A stretch of 64,000 nt of DNA from an uncultured Streptococcus sp. (lineage in GTDB: Bacteria > Bacillota > Bacilli > Lactobacillales > Streptococcaceae): assembly GCA_963547765.1 (NCBI GenBank), contig CAUUSJ010000001.1, positions 10,507 to 74,506 of the forward strand, read 5' to 3'. The notes beneath the pieces were generated by a model, which saw only the letters and a list, made by a program, of their open reading frames with translations, did no database searches and was not told the origin of the DNA. This document shows positions 1 through 10,946 of the stretch, piece by piece. Both the position numbers and the translations under genes were made by a program. Position 1 is the first letter of the stretch, and every line of letters begins with the position of its first letter.

Positions 1-527
1 TGGGTATCCTTATTGGTGTTGTTTATGGTCTTAAAGAAGACAAGATTATCTCTGCTTTTATGAATGGTGCTGCTGACTTGCTCAGTGTAGCCTTGATCGT
101 AGCAATTGCTCGTGGTATCCAAGTTATCATGAACGATGGTATGATTACTGATACTATCCTCAACTGGGGTAAAGAAGGCCTGAGCGGTCTGTCTTCACAA
201 GTCTTTATCGTTTTGACTTATATCTTCTATCTGCCTATGTCATTCTTGATCCCATCTTCATCTGGTCTTGCCAGCGCGACTATGGGTATCATGGCTCCGC
301 TCGGAGAATTTGTCAATGTACGTCCTAGCTTGATCATCACTGCTTACCAATCTGCTTCAGGTGTCTTGAACTTGATTGCACCAACATCTGGTATTGTGAT
401 GGGAGCTCTTGCACTTGGACGTATCAACATTGGTACTTGGTGGAAATTCATGGGCAAACTTGTAGTTGCTATCATTGTAGTGACCATTGCTCTCCTTCTC
501 CTTGGAACGTTCATTCCATTCCTATAA
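1..527 (+). CDS. arcD: Arginine/ornithine antiporter (YfcC/ArcD type), 3' part only; begins before the window
   Basis: Polytopic hydrophobic ORF with IPSSSGLA and PTSG motifs; directly upstream of an arcT-like dipeptidase and convergent with arcR. Confidence 0.85.
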   Translation, partial: GILIGVVYGLKEDKIISAFMNGAADLLSVALIVAIARGIQVIMNDGMITDTILNWGKEGLSGLSSQVFIVLTYIFYLPMSFLIPSSSGLASATMGIMAPLGEFVNVRPSLIITAYQSASGVLNLIAPTSGIVMGALALGRINIGTWWKFMGKLVVAIIVVTIALLLLGTFIPFL

Positions 528-547
528 AGAGTGAGTGAGGTGATTCC

Positions 548-1882
548 ATGAAAACATATATAACAAATCAAGTTAAAGATGAGTTTCTTACATCATTAAA
601 GACTTTGATTTCCTACCCTTCGGTACTTAACGAGGGAGAAAATGGAACACCTTTTGGACAAGCAATTCAAGATGTCCTAGAAAAAACTTTAGGGATTTGT
701 CGAAGTTTAGGTTTCACTACCTATCTTGACCCTAAAGGTTATTACGGATATGCAGAAATCGGTCAGGGAGCAGAGCTCCTGGCCGTTCTCTGTCATTTGG
801 ATGTTGTTCCATCAGGTGATGAAGCGGATTGGCGGACACCGCCATTCGAGGCAACTATCAAAGACGGCTGGATCTTCGGACGTGGTGTCCAAGATGATAA
901 GGGACCATCTATGGCTGCTCTTTATGCAGTCAAGGCTCTGTTAGATAGCGGAGTAAAATTTAAAAAGCGGGTTCGTTTTATCTTTGGTACGGACGAAGAG
1001 ACACTTTGGCGCTGTATGGGGCGGTACAATGAACTCGAAGAAACAGCGACGCTTGGCTTTGCACCAGATTCTTCTTTCCCTCTGACCTATGCTGAGAAAG
1101 GCCTCTTACAGGTCAAGCTGCATGGTCCTGGTTCTGATCAGCTGGACTTAGAAGCAGGAGAGGCCTTTAATGTTGTGCCTGGCAAGGCCAGCTATCAAGG
1201 AGAACTTTTGGAGCCGGTCGTGGCAGGTTTGCAGGCAGCTGCTTTTGAATACGAGCAAAATGACCAACAAGTCACTGTTCTCGGTCTACCTAAGCATGCC
1301 AAGGATGCAGCTGAAGGTATCAATGCTATTGTTCGGCTAGCGACAGTTTTGCAGCCTTTACAAGCTCATCCTGCTCTGGCCTTTATTGCAGAAGCGGTGG
1401 GAGAAGATGCGACTGGTAGCCGTTTATTTGGCGACATTTCAGATGAACCCTCTGGTAGACTCTCCTTTAATATTGCAGGTCTGACGCTGAACTCAGAAAA
1501 GTCTGAAATCCGTATTGATATTCGGATTCCTGTCTTAGCGGATAAAGATCAGCTAGTAGCACAACTAGCGGAGATTACTGGGCGCTACCAGCTTGACTAT
1601 GAAGAATTTGACTATCTGGCTCCGCTCTATGTACCTAAAGATAGCGAACTGGTCAGCACCTTGATGGCTATCTACCAAGAAAAGACTGGCGATACTAGTC
1701 CAGCCATGTCCTCTGGTGGGGCAACCTTTGCTCGGACTATGCCAAACTGTGTGGCCTTTGGTGCTCTTTTCCCAGGAGTAGAGCAGACGGAACATCAGGC
1801 CAATGAACGAGCGTCTTTGGAAGATCTATATCGTGCGATGGATATCTATGCTGAGACTATTTTCCGCTTGGCAGGAGAGTAA
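548..1882 (+). CDS. arcT: M20/Sapep family dipeptidase (ArcT)
   Basis: HLDVVP, GRGVQDDKGP, DEET and EHQANE M20 motifs; arc operon position. Confidence 0.85.
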   Translation: MKTYITNQVKDEFLTSLKTLISYPSVLNEGENGTPFGQAIQDVLEKTLGICRSLGFTTYLDPKGYYGYAEIGQGAELLAVLCHLDVVPSGDEADWRTPPFEATIKDGWIFGRGVQDDKGPSMAALYAVKALLDSGVKFKKRVRFIFGTDEETLWRCMGRYNELEETATLGFAPDSSFPLTYAEKGLLQVKLHGPGSDQLDLEAGEAFNVVPGKASYQGELLEPVVAGLQAAAFEYEQNDQQVTVLGLPKHAKDAAEGINAIVRLATVLQPLQAHPALAFIAEAVGEDATGSRLFGDISDEPSGRLSFNIAGLTLNSEKSEIRIDIRIPVLADKDQLVAQLAEITGRYQLDYEEFDYLAPLYVPKDSELVSTLMAIYQEKTGDTSPAMSSGGATFARTMPNCVAFGALFPGVEQTEHQANERASLEDLYRAMDIYAETIFRLAGE

Positions 1883-1944
1883 AATTGCTAGGATAGATAT
1901 CAGTGTTGCGAATTTTTCCAAGTAAAAACTGTGAATCAACACGA

Positions 1945-1972
1945 AAAAGAGTTGGATATTCCAACTCTTTTG
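1945..1972. terminator. Bidirectional intrinsic terminator between arcT and arcR
   Basis: aaaaagagttgg-atatt-ccaactctttt inverted repeat between convergent genes. Confidence 0.75.
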
Positions 1973-2443
1973 TTATTTACTAAAGAAAAATGGGGGTGCA
2001 AATTCTTTGAGTTTATCAAAGCATTCGATAGCAGCTTGATTATCTTCGCAGATGATTAGGCAGACATCGTCTCCACAGACAGTAGCAACAATCTGGGGCA
2101 ACTCTAGAGCATCTAAAATGGCACCAAAAGATTGGGCTAGTCCGGGTAAAGTTTTCATGACGACTTGATGCTGGACGGGGCGGAGCATGACGAGGGCATC
2201 TTCCATATAGAAGCGCAGCCTTTTCTCCCAACGAGAAGGGGCGATACTGTTAATGACATAGTAAGATCTGTCGTTTTCGGTCACCTTGACTAGATTGAGA
2301 GTTTTCATGTCACGAGAGAGAGTAGACTGGGTGACAATGACGCCATTTGCTTCCAGTAGTTCTTGGAGTTCCTGCTGGGTATGGACTCTTTTTTCCATGA
2401 TGAGGGAGCGAATGAGGCGATGCCTACTTTCGATTTTATTCAT
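1973..2443 (-). CDS. arcR: ArgR/AhrC-family arginine regulator; start reassigned to MNKIES at 2443
   Basis: TQSTLSRD helix and CGDD arginine-binding motif; the longer ORF overlaps queA. Confidence 0.9.
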   Translation of the reverse strand: MNKIESRHRLIRSLIMEKRVHTQQELQELLEANGVIVTQSTLSRDMKTLNLVKVTENDRSYYVINSIAPSRWEKRLRFYMEDALVMLRPVQHQVVMKTLPGLAQSFGAILDALELPQIVATVCGDDVCLIICEDNQAAIECFDKLKEFAPPFFFSK

Positions 2444-2456
2444 AGATTCACCTGTA

Positions 2457-3485
2457 TTATTTGATAAACATAGCGTCGCCAAAGCTGAAGAAGCGGTAGC
2501 GCTCAGCGATAGCATGCTCATAGGCTTCAAGTGTCAGTTGGCGTCCAGCAAAAGCTGATACCAGCATGACAAGGGTTGATTTTGGCAAGTGAAAGTTGGT
2601 TGAAAAAGCATCGACAATCTTCCACTGATAGCCCGGTTTGATAAAGATATTGGTCCAGCCGGAGTCTGCTTGGATTTGACCCTCAAATTTGCTGCCGATT
2701 GTTTCCAGTGTCCGGATAGAAGTGGTGCCGACAGCAACGATGCGGTGGCCGCTTGCCTTGACTTGGCGCAGGGCCTCGGCTGCTTCTTCAGACAAACTAT
2801 AAAATTCGGAATGCATCTCATGCTCTTCCAGATTGTCAACTGATACGGGACGGAAGGTTCCGAGCCCGACATGCAGCGTCAGGTAGACGAGTTTAACGCC
2901 TTTTGCCGCAATTTTATCCAGCAATTCCTCTGTGAAATGGAGGCCAGCGGTTGGAGCAGCGGCGGAGCCGTTTTCTTTAGCATAGACTGTCTGGTAGCGT
3001 TCACGGTCTTCTAGCTTCTCGTGGATATAGGGCGGTAGGGGCATTTCACCCAAACTTTCTAGGACTTCCAAGAAAATGCCCTGATAATCAAAGCGAACGA
3101 TCCGTCCGCCGTGTTCTAGCTCTTCTGTAACAGTAGCAGTCAAACGACCATCACCGAATGACACACGCGTTCCGACTCTGAGTCGTTTGGCTGGCTTGGC
3201 TAGGACTTCCCAGAAGTCTCCTTGGGTATTTTTCAAGAGTAGGAGTTCTACATGACCGCCAGTTTCAGGTTTGGTTCCATAAAGGCGGGCTGGTAGGACA
3301 CGGGTGTTATTCATAACCAAGGCATCACCTGGCTCAAGTTGGTCAATAATATTGTCAAAATGTTGGTCACTGAACTGGCCAGTTTCCCGATCTACAATGA
3401 GTAGGCGAGAAGAGTCTCGCTTCTCCAGAGGGGTCTGAGCAATCAGTTCTTCCGGCAAGTGAAAATCAAAATCAGCAGTATTCAT
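2457..3485 (-). CDS. queA: S-adenosylmethionine:tRNA ribosyltransferase-isomerase
   Basis: [34 protein letters not shown] motifs. Confidence 0.97.
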   Translation of the reverse strand: MNTADFDFHLPEELIAQTPLEKRDSSRLLIVDRETGQFSDQHFDNIIDQLEPGDALVMNNTRVLPARLYGTKPETGGHVELLLLKNTQGDFWEVLAKPAKRLRVGTRVSFGDGRLTATVTEELEHGGRIVRFDYQGIFLEVLESLGEMPLPPYIHEKLEDRERYQTVYAKENGSAAAPTAGLHFTEELLDKIAAKGVKLVYLTLHVGLGTFRPVSVDNLEEHEMHSEFYSLSEEAAEALRQVKASGHRIVAVGTTSIRTLETIGSKFEGQIQADSGWTNIFIKPGYQWKIVDAFSTNFHLPKSTLVMLVSAFAGRQLTLEAYEHAIAERYRFFSFGDAMFIK

Positions 3486-3494
3486 TCTATCTCC

Positions 3495-3668
3495 TTAAAT
3501 AGTTCTCATGATCCAAATATAGTAGGCGGCAAGTAAAAAGGGAATACTGATAAAGAAAATTCCCAGGCATAAAAAAATTAGTTGCCAACCGAGATGTTTT
3601 TTTAAGAAAAGCCCAGCGGTAAAAAGAGCAATTCCCAGTAAAAAGATTATAATCATTGGTAATAGCAT
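3495..3668 (-). CDS. 57-aa two-helix membrane protein, probably leaderless
   Basis: MLLPMIIIFLLG... hydrophobic ORF; TGGTATAAT lies 6 nt upstream of the ATG; stop abuts the queA RBS. Confidence 0.65.
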   Translation of the reverse strand: MLLPMIIIFLLGIALFTAGLFLKKHLGWQLIFLCLGIFFISIPFLLAAYYIWIMRTI

Positions 3669-3736
3669 GCTTTTATTATACCATGATTTGACGCTAAGTC
3701 TCTCAGTAAAATTTGAAAAAATTAAGTAGAATCTAC

Positions 3737-3765
3737 TTGACAAAAATTGGTCTATACCATATAAT
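3737..3765 (+). promoter_or_regulatory. nagB sigmaA promoter with a NagR (dre-type) operator
   Basis: TTGACA-17-TATAAT with AAATTGGTCTATACCATAT in the spacer. Confidence 0.8.
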
Positions 3766-3802
3766 AAAATAAGGAATCAATCAAGAAAAATAGGAGAACA
3801 GA

Positions 3803-4510
3803 ATGAAAGTTATTCGTGTTGAGAATCAGGTAGAAGGCGCAAAGGTAGCTTTAGAAATCTTGAAAGAAAAGCTAGCTCAGGGGGCCAAAACATTGGGGTT
3901 GGCAACAGGAAGTAGTCCGATTGAGTTTTACAAGCAAATCATTGCCAGTGACCTAGATTTATCAGAGTTGACCAGTGTAAACTTGGATGAGTATGTGGGA
4001 CTTTCAGAAGATGATCCCCAGTCTTACCGTTACTTTATGAATGAGCAGCTATTTAATAAAAAGCCTTTCAAAGAAAGCTTTTTGCCAAACGGTGCAGCAG
4101 AAGATGTGGAAGCAGAAGTGAAACGCTACAATCAAGTCTTGGCTGACCATCCAGTAGACTTGCAGATTTTGGGAATTGGTACCAATGGGCATATTGGCTT
4201 TAATGAGCCTGGAACTAGCTTTGATAGCACTGTTCATATTGTCGATTTGGAGCAGTCAACTATCCAAGCAAACGCTCGCTTCTTTGAAAAGATAGAGGAC
4301 GTACCGACTCAAGCCATCTCAATGGGAATTCGGAATATCTTAGATGCAAAATCAATCATCCTCTTTGCCTATGGCGCTTCTAAAGCTCAAGCCATTGCAG
4401 GAACAGTCCGAGGAGAGGTAACAGAAGCTGTGCCAGCTAGCGCCCTTCAAGGCCATGAAGATGTCGTGATTATTGCAGACAAAGAAGCTCTAAGTTTATT
4501 AGAAGCTTAA
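3803..4510 (+). CDS. nagB: Glucosamine-6-phosphate deaminase
   Basis: [28 protein letters not shown]. Confidence 0.95.
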   Translation: MKVIRVENQVEGAKVALEILKEKLAQGAKTLGLATGSSPIEFYKQIIASDLDLSELTSVNLDEYVGLSEDDPQSYRYFMNEQLFNKKPFKESFLPNGAAEDVEAEVKRYNQVLADHPVDLQILGIGTNGHIGFNEPGTSFDSTVHIVDLEQSTIQANARFFEKIEDVPTQAISMGIRNILDAKSIILFAYGASKAQAIAGTVRGEVTEAVPASALQGHEDVVIIADKEALSLLEA

Positions 4511-4615
4511 CAATCTATTTCCTATCTAATTTTTAGGTGGGATTTTTTATATTTATCAAAAACCTGATTAAAAATATGATATACTAGTTAGGAATGATTT
4601 TTTTGGAGGATAAAT

Positions 4616-5959
4616 GTGAAGAAGAAGTTTTTGGTGTTTGGATTGATTTTGTCTGCCTTTCTATCACCGCTTTCTGCTGCGGCGGATGAATTGGTAGATA
4701 TGGCACGAAAAATGTATCCCAATGAAAATGTACAAGCAATCAATCGCCCTAAGTCATCTTTGATGATTGACGGAAATACGGGCGATATACTGTGGCAGGA
4801 TAACATTGATGAGGTTCGCGATCCAGCTAGCATGAGTAAGATCATGACCTTGTACTTGGTTTTTGAAGCCATTAAAGAGGGAAAACTCAGTTTAGATACG
4901 GTGATTAAGGCGACACCGCAAGATCAGGCGGTTGCGGAAATTTATGAAATTTCCAATAATAAAATCGTGGCTGGGGTCAGTTATACTGTTTCTGAGCTGA
5001 TTACCATGACAGTTGTCCCTTCTTCTAACGCAACAACAGTGATGCTGGCAAATTACCTGTCAGATAACGATCCCGATGCTTTCTTGGACAAGATGAACGC
5101 CAAAGCGCAGGAACTAGGCATGACCAACACCAAATGGTTTAATGCCAGTGGTGCTGCGGCAGTTTCCTTCAAAGGTTACTATACTCCTCAGAGATATAAT
5201 AACTACGCTAGCAACCAAACAACTGCGCGTGATTTAGGGATTTTAGCTTATAATTTTGTAAAGAACTATCCAGATATTTTAAATTATACCAATCAGGCTA
5301 AGGTGACTGTCAAGGCTGGGACGCCTTATGAAGAAACATTTGAGACTTATAATTACTCTCTGCCAGGTGCTCGCTATGCTCTAGAGGGAGTAGATGGTCT
5401 GAAGACAGGATCAAGTCCGAACGGTGCCTTCAACTACATTGCAACTGTCAAGCGCGGGAATCAGCGCGTGATTGGCGTTATCATGGGCGTTGGCGACTGG
5501 TCTGACCAAGACGGTGAATATTATCGCCATCCATTTGGAAATGCCTTGATCGAAAAATCTTATGCTGACTATGAGTACAAGAAACTGTTCTCTAAAGGGA
5601 AGCAGGAGATTGATGGAAAAACTTACAATCTACCAGAAGATTTTTATGCGACAATCAAAAAAGATGCGAAGGCAAAGCCTGTAGTTGAAAATGGTGTCTT
5701 GAAGGCTGGAAATGATCTGTACACGCTCTCTCCAAAGATCTCTGATGAGATGAAAGTGGAGGAAGTAGATGATTCTGTTACCCAGTCTGCCAAAGAAGAA
5801 GTCACTAAGAAAGAAAATAATAAAACTTGGTATAGTGACTTGCTAAGCAACCGCTGGTTAATTGCCTTGCCAATTGTCATTATTGTCCTGATTTTCTATA
5901 TTGAGAATCGTAAATCACGAAAAGCTAAAGCAACTGCTAGAAAGCAAAGATTTAAATAA
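4616..5959 (+). CDS. Peptidase S11 D-alanyl-D-alanine carboxypeptidase-like protein with signal peptide and C-terminal membrane anchor
   Basis: SMSK, SSN and KTG penicilloyl-serine motifs; hydrophobic termini. Confidence 0.85.
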   Translation: MKKKFLVFGLILSAFLSPLSAAADELVDMARKMYPNENVQAINRPKSSLMIDGNTGDILWQDNIDEVRDPASMSKIMTLYLVFEAIKEGKLSLDTVIKATPQDQAVAEIYEISNNKIVAGVSYTVSELITMTVVPSSNATTVMLANYLSDNDPDAFLDKMNAKAQELGMTNTKWFNASGAAAVSFKGYYTPQRYNNYASNQTTARDLGILAYNFVKNYPDILNYTNQAKVTVKAGTPYEETFETYNYSLPGARYALEGVDGLKTGSSPNGAFNYIATVKRGNQRVIGVIMGVGDWSDQDGEYYRHPFGNALIEKSYADYEYKKLFSKGKQEIDGKTYNLPEDFYATIKKDAKAKPVVENGVLKAGNDLYTLSPKISDEMKVEEVDDSVTQSAKEEVTKKENNKTWYSDLLSNRWLIALPIVIIVLIFYIENRKSRKAKATARKQRFK

Positions 5960-6039
5960 AGGCTTGTGTTTATTTGGCAAGCTGAAATAAAGCTCAGTTC
6001 CTAGAAACTGAGTTTTATTCTATTTTTAGAGAGGTTTTG

Positions 6040-7209
6040 ATGATGGGGGAAAAGTTTTCTAATAGCTATTTGGCTTATTTTTTGATGTATAATTTTTATT
6101 TTCTGTCCAATTCATTGTTTTCGACCTTGATATCCGTTTATATGCTGGATAAGGGCTACACGGCTGGTCAAGTATCTATCGTCGTATCAGCTTCTTTCTT
6201 TTCTTCCATGCTGGCTCAGCCAATCATGGGGCTGTTAACGGATACTCTTGGCATCAAGAGAGTTTCGCTTATCAGTTTTTTTCTGATTATCCTGGGAGAC
6301 ATTTTTTTCATGGAGGCTGATAATCTATGGCTTTTAGCTATCTGGTATAGTTTTGTCTTGATGCTCATCAATGGGGTGGGTACCGTGATGGATGTACTGG
6401 CAACCCAAAGTCCTTATAAATATGGGAAAATCCGAATTTGGGGAACAATTGGTTATGCCGTCGGTTCACAGCTGGCAGGTTTGATTTATAAGAATATTTC
6501 TCCCCAGGCCATCTATCTGGTCTTTATCGGGACTATGTTGCTGAGTATTTTAGGAGTTCTTGGCATGAATCCCAAGCGGGATAGATTAACTAAAAAGAGT
6601 GAAAAACGAGGCCATTCGCTCATTTCAGCCATTCTTAAAAACAGAACCTATCTTTTTTATCTTTTACTTGTTGCCCTTTACTCTGGTGTTGGCAATACAG
6701 GGCATACCTATATTCCTTCCATGCTAGAATCCAGTGGCTTGAGTGTTGATTGGGCAACGACTGTTGTCGCTGTTTCTGTGCTGTGCGAGGCGCCCTTGAT
6801 CTTTTATTCTTATCTTTTCATGGATAAGATAGCTGTCAAAAAGTTGCTCTATATCTGCTTAGGTATGATGCTTCTTCAGTACGCAGTTTATGCTTTAAAC
6901 TTTGGCTTGGGTTCGAAAATCGTAGTCACTCTGCTTTCCAAGCATGCTTCTGGCATGGTACTGACTATGCTTAGTCTGCGCATTGTGGCAAATTTGGTAG
7001 ATGAAAAATATTTGGTGACCGCTTTTGCGTTACTACAGACAGGGAGAAATCTAGGAACAATTTTCATCCAGAATATGTCGGGGTCTATCTTAGATCATTT
7101 TGGCTATGATAGGATGAATCTTATGCTGGCAGCGATTATAGGTCTAGTGCTCTTGCTTGCCCTCTTCTTGAAAGTTCCTGAAAAAAAGAATCAGAATTTA
7201 TTTGGATAA
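6040..7209 (+). CDS. MFS transporter (LacY/MFS_1-like)
   Basis: About 12 hydrophobic segments; YGKIRIWGTIGY motif. Confidence 0.8.
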   Translation: MMGEKFSNSYLAYFLMYNFYFLSNSLFSTLISVYMLDKGYTAGQVSIVVSASFFSSMLAQPIMGLLTDTLGIKRVSLISFFLIILGDIFFMEADNLWLLAIWYSFVLMLINGVGTVMDVLATQSPYKYGKIRIWGTIGYAVGSQLAGLIYKNISPQAIYLVFIGTMLLSILGVLGMNPKRDRLTKKSEKRGHSLISAILKNRTYLFYLLLVALYSGVGNTGHTYIPSMLESSGLSVDWATTVVAVSVLCEAPLIFYSYLFMDKIAVKKLLYICLGMMLLQYAVYALNFGLGSKIVVTLLSKHASGMVLTMLSLRIVANLVDEKYLVTAFALLQTGRNLGTIFIQNMSGSILDHFGYDRMNLMLAAIIGLVLLLALFLKVPEKKNQNLFG

Positions 7210-7323
7210 GGAAAAACGAGTCTGGAAACTTTTCAGCTCGTTTTTGTTTGGGGAGATTACATAAGTGAGAGAATAAATAATACCTTCGTTCCATTTCACA
7301 AGCCCTCTCTTTTGCTTTTTAAT

Positions 7324-7331
7324 TACGAATA
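7324..7331 (+). promoter_or_regulatory. ComX (SigX) cin-box upstream of coiA
   Basis: TACGAATA preceded by a T-rich tract, 37 nt before the coiA ATG. Confidence 0.85.
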
Positions 7332-7368
7332 AAAATATAAAAGACATTATATTGAAAGGGAAATACTC

Positions 7369-8328
7369 ATGTTGCTTGCGAAAAATAAAGAGGGGATTTT
7401 GCTGAATGCGATGGAAAATCAGCCTTCTCTAGGCGAACAAACCTTTTGTCCGGCCTGTTCGGGAGCGGTCCGCTTCAAAAAAGGAAGGGTCATGCGACCG
7501 CATTTTGCTCATATTTCTCTTGAAAATTGTTCGTTTTATGCAGAAAATGAAAGTGCGGAGCATTTGAACTTGAAAGCTGGCCTTTATAGCTGGGTGAAGC
7601 AAAGCCAAGAGGTTCAGGTGGAGGCCTTTTTGCCTGAGATAAGGCAGATTGCTGACCTTTTGATAGATGGTCGCATAGCGCTGGAGGTCCAGTGTAGTCC
7701 ACTCAGTCAGGAAAGACTTGGGGAAAGGACGCTGTCCTATCGCCAGCATGGCTATCAAGTTCTCTGGCTCTTAGGCAAGAAATTATGGTTAAAACAGTCA
7801 CTGACGAAACTGCAAAAGGACTTTCTTTATTTCAGTCAAAATATGGGCTTTCATCTTTGGGAATTGGATGAGAAAAAGCAGGAGCTTCGGCTTAAATATC
7901 TCATTCACGAGGACTTGCATGGACGAGCTCAGTACAAGGTCAAATCCTTTCCTTTTGGCCAAGGATGCCTGTTATCCGTCTTGCGCAGCCCCTTTCAGAA
8001 GCAGGAGCTAGAGAGTTATCTGGCTAGGCAGGATCCTGAAATCTGTCGCTATGTTCGTCAGCAGCTTTATTACCAGCAGCCTCGTTGGATGAAGCTCCAA
8101 GCCCAGCTCTATCAGAAAGGAGACAATCTTCTAACCAAGTCAGCTGAGGATTTTTATCCGCAGGTTCGGCCTGTCCAAGCCAGCTCCTTTTGCCAAATAA
8201 CAAGAGACTTGACGTCCTATTACCAGCACTTTCATCGCTATTATCAGGCTGAAAAAAATAAGCAGCTTCAAATTATCTATCCACCAGTATTTTATGCGAG
8301 GATTTCCCCCAGTTTTATGATAAAATAG
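7369..8328 (+). CDS. coiA: Competence protein CoiA
   Basis: CPAC...[18 protein letters not shown] motifs; upstream of pepF. Confidence 0.92.
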   Translation: MLLAKNKEGILLNAMENQPSLGEQTFCPACSGAVRFKKGRVMRPHFAHISLENCSFYAENESAEHLNLKAGLYSWVKQSQEVQVEAFLPEIRQIADLLIDGRIALEVQCSPLSQERLGERTLSYRQHGYQVLWLLGKKLWLKQSLTKLQKDFLYFSQNMGFHLWELDEKKQELRLKYLIHEDLHGRAQYKVKSFPFGQGCLLSVLRSPFQKQELESYLARQDPEICRYVRQQLYYQQPRWMKLQAQLYQKGDNLLTKSAEDFYPQVRPVQASSFCQITRDLTSYYQHFHRYYQAEKNKQLQIIYPPVFYARISPSFMIK

Positions 8329-8348
8329 AAAAGATGGAGGAAATTTCT

Positions 8349-10151
8349 ATGGCAAAACAAAGAAATGAAATTGAAGAAAAATATACTTGGGATTTGACTA
8401 CCATTTTCCCAACAGATGAAGCCTTTGAAGCGGAGTTGACGCAGGTTTCTGAAGAAGTGAAGAAGGCAGCTAGTCTGGCTGGGCATTTGCTGGATTCGGC
8501 TGACAGTCTTTTGACAACGACAGAAATCCAGTTGGACTTGATGCGCCGTATTGAAAAGCTTTATTCTTATGCTCACATGAAGAATGACCAGGATACTCGT
8601 GTGGCCAAGTATCAAGAATATCAAGCTAAGGGTATGACTCTTTATAGTGAATTCGGTCAAAGCTTTGCCTTCTATGAGCCCGAATTTATGGCGATTACAG
8701 AAGAACAGTACCAAGCTTTCCTAGCTGAGCAGCCAGCCCTGCAGCTGTACCAGCATTATTTTGACAAGCTTTTGAAAAAGAAAGCCCACATCCTAACCCA
8801 GCGCGAAGAGGAGCTATTGGCCGGTGCTGGTGAAATCTTCGGTGCAGCGGGCGAAACCTTTGCTATCTTGGATAATGCAGACATCGTCTTTCCTATGGTG
8901 CATGACGAAGATGGAAATGAAGTTCAGCTCAGCCACGGTAACTATATCACCTTGGTCGAGTCTAAGAACCGAGAAGTCCGTAAGGAAGCTTACGAGGCAC
9001 TTTACAGCGTCTACGAGCAGTATCAGCATACCTATGCCAAAACTCTGCAGACCAATGTCAAGGTTCACAACTACAATGCGAAAGTCCGCAAGTTTTCATC
9101 TGCACGTGAAGCGGCCTTGTCATCTGACTTTATTCCAGAAAGTGTTTATGACAGCTTAGTTTCAGCTGTCAATAAGCATTTGCCTCTTTTGCAGCGTTAT
9201 ATTGCTTTGCGAGCGAAGATTTTAGGCATTTCTGACTTGAAGATGTATGATATGTACACACCTTTGTCAGAGACAGACTACAAGTTCACTTATGAGGAAG
9301 CCTTGGCTAAGTCTGAGGAAGTTCTGGCTATTCTGGGTGAGGATTATCTGAGCCGAGTCAAGACAGCTTTTTCAGAGCGCTGGATTGATGTTTATGAAAA
9401 TCAAGGCAAGCGCTCAGGAGCATATTCAGGCGGTTCTTATGATACCAATGCCTTTATGTTGCTCAACTGGCAGGACACGCTGGATAATCTCTTTACCTTG
9501 GTGCACGAGACAGGCCACAGTATGCACTCCAGCTACACCCGTGAGACCCAGCCTTATGTCTATGGAGACTATTCTATCTTCCTAGCTGAGATTGCTTCGA
9601 CGACCAATGAAAATATCTTGACAGAGAAGCTCTTGGAAGAAGTAGAAGACGATGCTACCCGCTTTGCTATCCTCAATCACTTCTTGGATGGTTTCCGAGG
9701 CACGGTCTTCCGTCAAACCCAGTTTGCTGAGTTTGAGCATGCAATTCATAAGGCTGACCAAGAAGGACAAGTTTTGACCAGCGAGTTTCTCAATGCACTC
9801 TATGCTGATTTAAACGAGAAATACTATGGCTTGAAAAAGGAAGACAATCCGCAGATTCAGTACGAATGGGCTCGGATTCCTCATTTCTACTACGATTACT
9901 ATGTTTTCCAATATTCGACAGGATTTTCAGCGGCTTCTGCCTTGGCTGAAAAGATTGTCCATGGCAGTCAGGAAGACAAGGATAAGTATTTGGACTATCT
10001 CAAAGCTGGGAATTCTGACTATCCGCTCAATGTCATCAAAAAAGCAGGTGTGGATATGGAAAAAGAAGACTATCTAAATGCAGCCTTTGCAGTCTTCGAA
10101 CGCCGCTTGGATGAATTTGAAGCCTTGGTAGAAAAGTTGGGACTGGCATAA
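8349..10151 (+). CDS. pepF: Oligoendopeptidase F
   Basis: HETGHSMH zinc motif, [20 protein letters not shown] before MAKQ. Confidence 0.95.
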   Translation: MAKQRNEIEEKYTWDLTTIFPTDEAFEAELTQVSEEVKKAASLAGHLLDSADSLLTTTEIQLDLMRRIEKLYSYAHMKNDQDTRVAKYQEYQAKGMTLYSEFGQSFAFYEPEFMAITEEQYQAFLAEQPALQLYQHYFDKLLKKKAHILTQREEELLAGAGEIFGAAGETFAILDNADIVFPMVHDEDGNEVQLSHGNYITLVESKNREVRKEAYEALYSVYEQYQHTYAKTLQTNVKVHNYNAKVRKFSSAREAALSSDFIPESVYDSLVSAVNKHLPLLQRYIALRAKILGISDLKMYDMYTPLSETDYKFTYEEALAKSEEVLAILGEDYLSRVKTAFSERWIDVYENQGKRSGAYSGGSYDTNAFMLLNWQDTLDNLFTLVHETGHSMHSSYTRETQPYVYGDYSIFLAEIASTTNENILTEKLLEEVEDDATRFAILNHFLDGFRGTVFRQTQFAEFEHAIHKADQEGQVLTSEFLNALYADLNEKYYGLKKEDNPQIQYEWARIPHFYYDYYVFQYSTGFSAASALAEKIVHGSQEDKDKYLDYLKAGNSDYPLNVIKKAGVDMEKEDYLNAAFAVFERRLDEFEALVEKLGLA

Positions 10152-10152
10152 G

Positions 10153-10836
10153 ATGGTCGAGACTTATAATCAAAACTCTAATCCCAATATGCGTCGGCCA
10201 GTGGTCAAGGAAGAGATTGTAGACTTTATGAGACAGCGACTCCAGCCAGTTTCTGGTGGACTCAAGGAGCTGGAGGATTTTGCCAGAGCTGAAAATGTGC
10301 CCGTGATTCCCCATGAGACAGTAGCTTACTTCCGCCTGCTACTTGAAAGCCTGCAGCCAGAGAAGATTTTAGAAATCGGGACGGCTATCGGTTTTTCGGC
10401 CCTTTTGATGGCGGAACATGCGCCTCAGGCTCAGATTACGACTATTGACCGCAATCCAGAGATGATTGAGCTTGCTAAGGCTAATTTTGCTAAGTATGAC
10501 AGCCGTCAGCAGATTACCCTGCTGGAAGGCGATGCAGTGGATTTGCTTGAGACACTGGAGGATTCCTACGACCTTGTCTTTATGGATTCTGCCAAGTCCA
10601 AGTATGTGGTCTTTCTTCCCCAAGTCCTCAAGCGCCTCAATCCTGGTGGTTTGGTGCTCATTGATGATGTCTTCCAAGGCGGCGATGTTGCCAAGTCTTT
10701 TGAAGACATTAAGCGTGGTCAACGGGCTATTTACCGAGGACTGCATAGCCTGTTTGACGCAACTTTGGACAGTCCAGATTTGACTGCAAGCTTGCTTCCT
10801 TTAGGAGATGGACTGCTTATGATTAGAAAAAAATAA
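10153..10836 (+). CDS. O-methyltransferase (TrmR/YrrM-like)
   Basis: LEIGTAIGFS SAM motif, FMDSAK, GDGL. Confidence 0.85.
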   Translation: MVETYNQNSNPNMRRPVVKEEIVDFMRQRLQPVSGGLKELEDFARAENVPVIPHETVAYFRLLLESLQPEKILEIGTAIGFSALLMAEHAPQAQITTIDRNPEMIELAKANFAKYDSRQQITLLEGDAVDLLETLEDSYDLVFMDSAKSKYVVFLPQVLKRLNPGGLVLIDDVFQGGDVAKSFEDIKRGQRAIYRGLHSLFDATLDSPDLTASLLPLGDGLLMIRKK

Positions 10837-10946
10837 TCCCTTCACTTTTTTCTTGATTTCCAAAAATTTTTAGGAAAAATTAAGATATCAAGTTGGATTT
10901 GTGGTACAATAGACAAAGTGAATTTATTGAAGGAGTAGATAAAATA

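Noticed and set aside
2444..2530. N-terminal extension of the arcR ORF
   Set aside because: Overlaps the queA 3' end; the ArgR fold begins at MNKIES (2443)
10868..10884. Possible CiaR box upstream of prsA (TTTTAG-N5-ATTAAG)
   Set aside because: Degenerate, in AT-rich DNA, and spacing to the -10 is atypical
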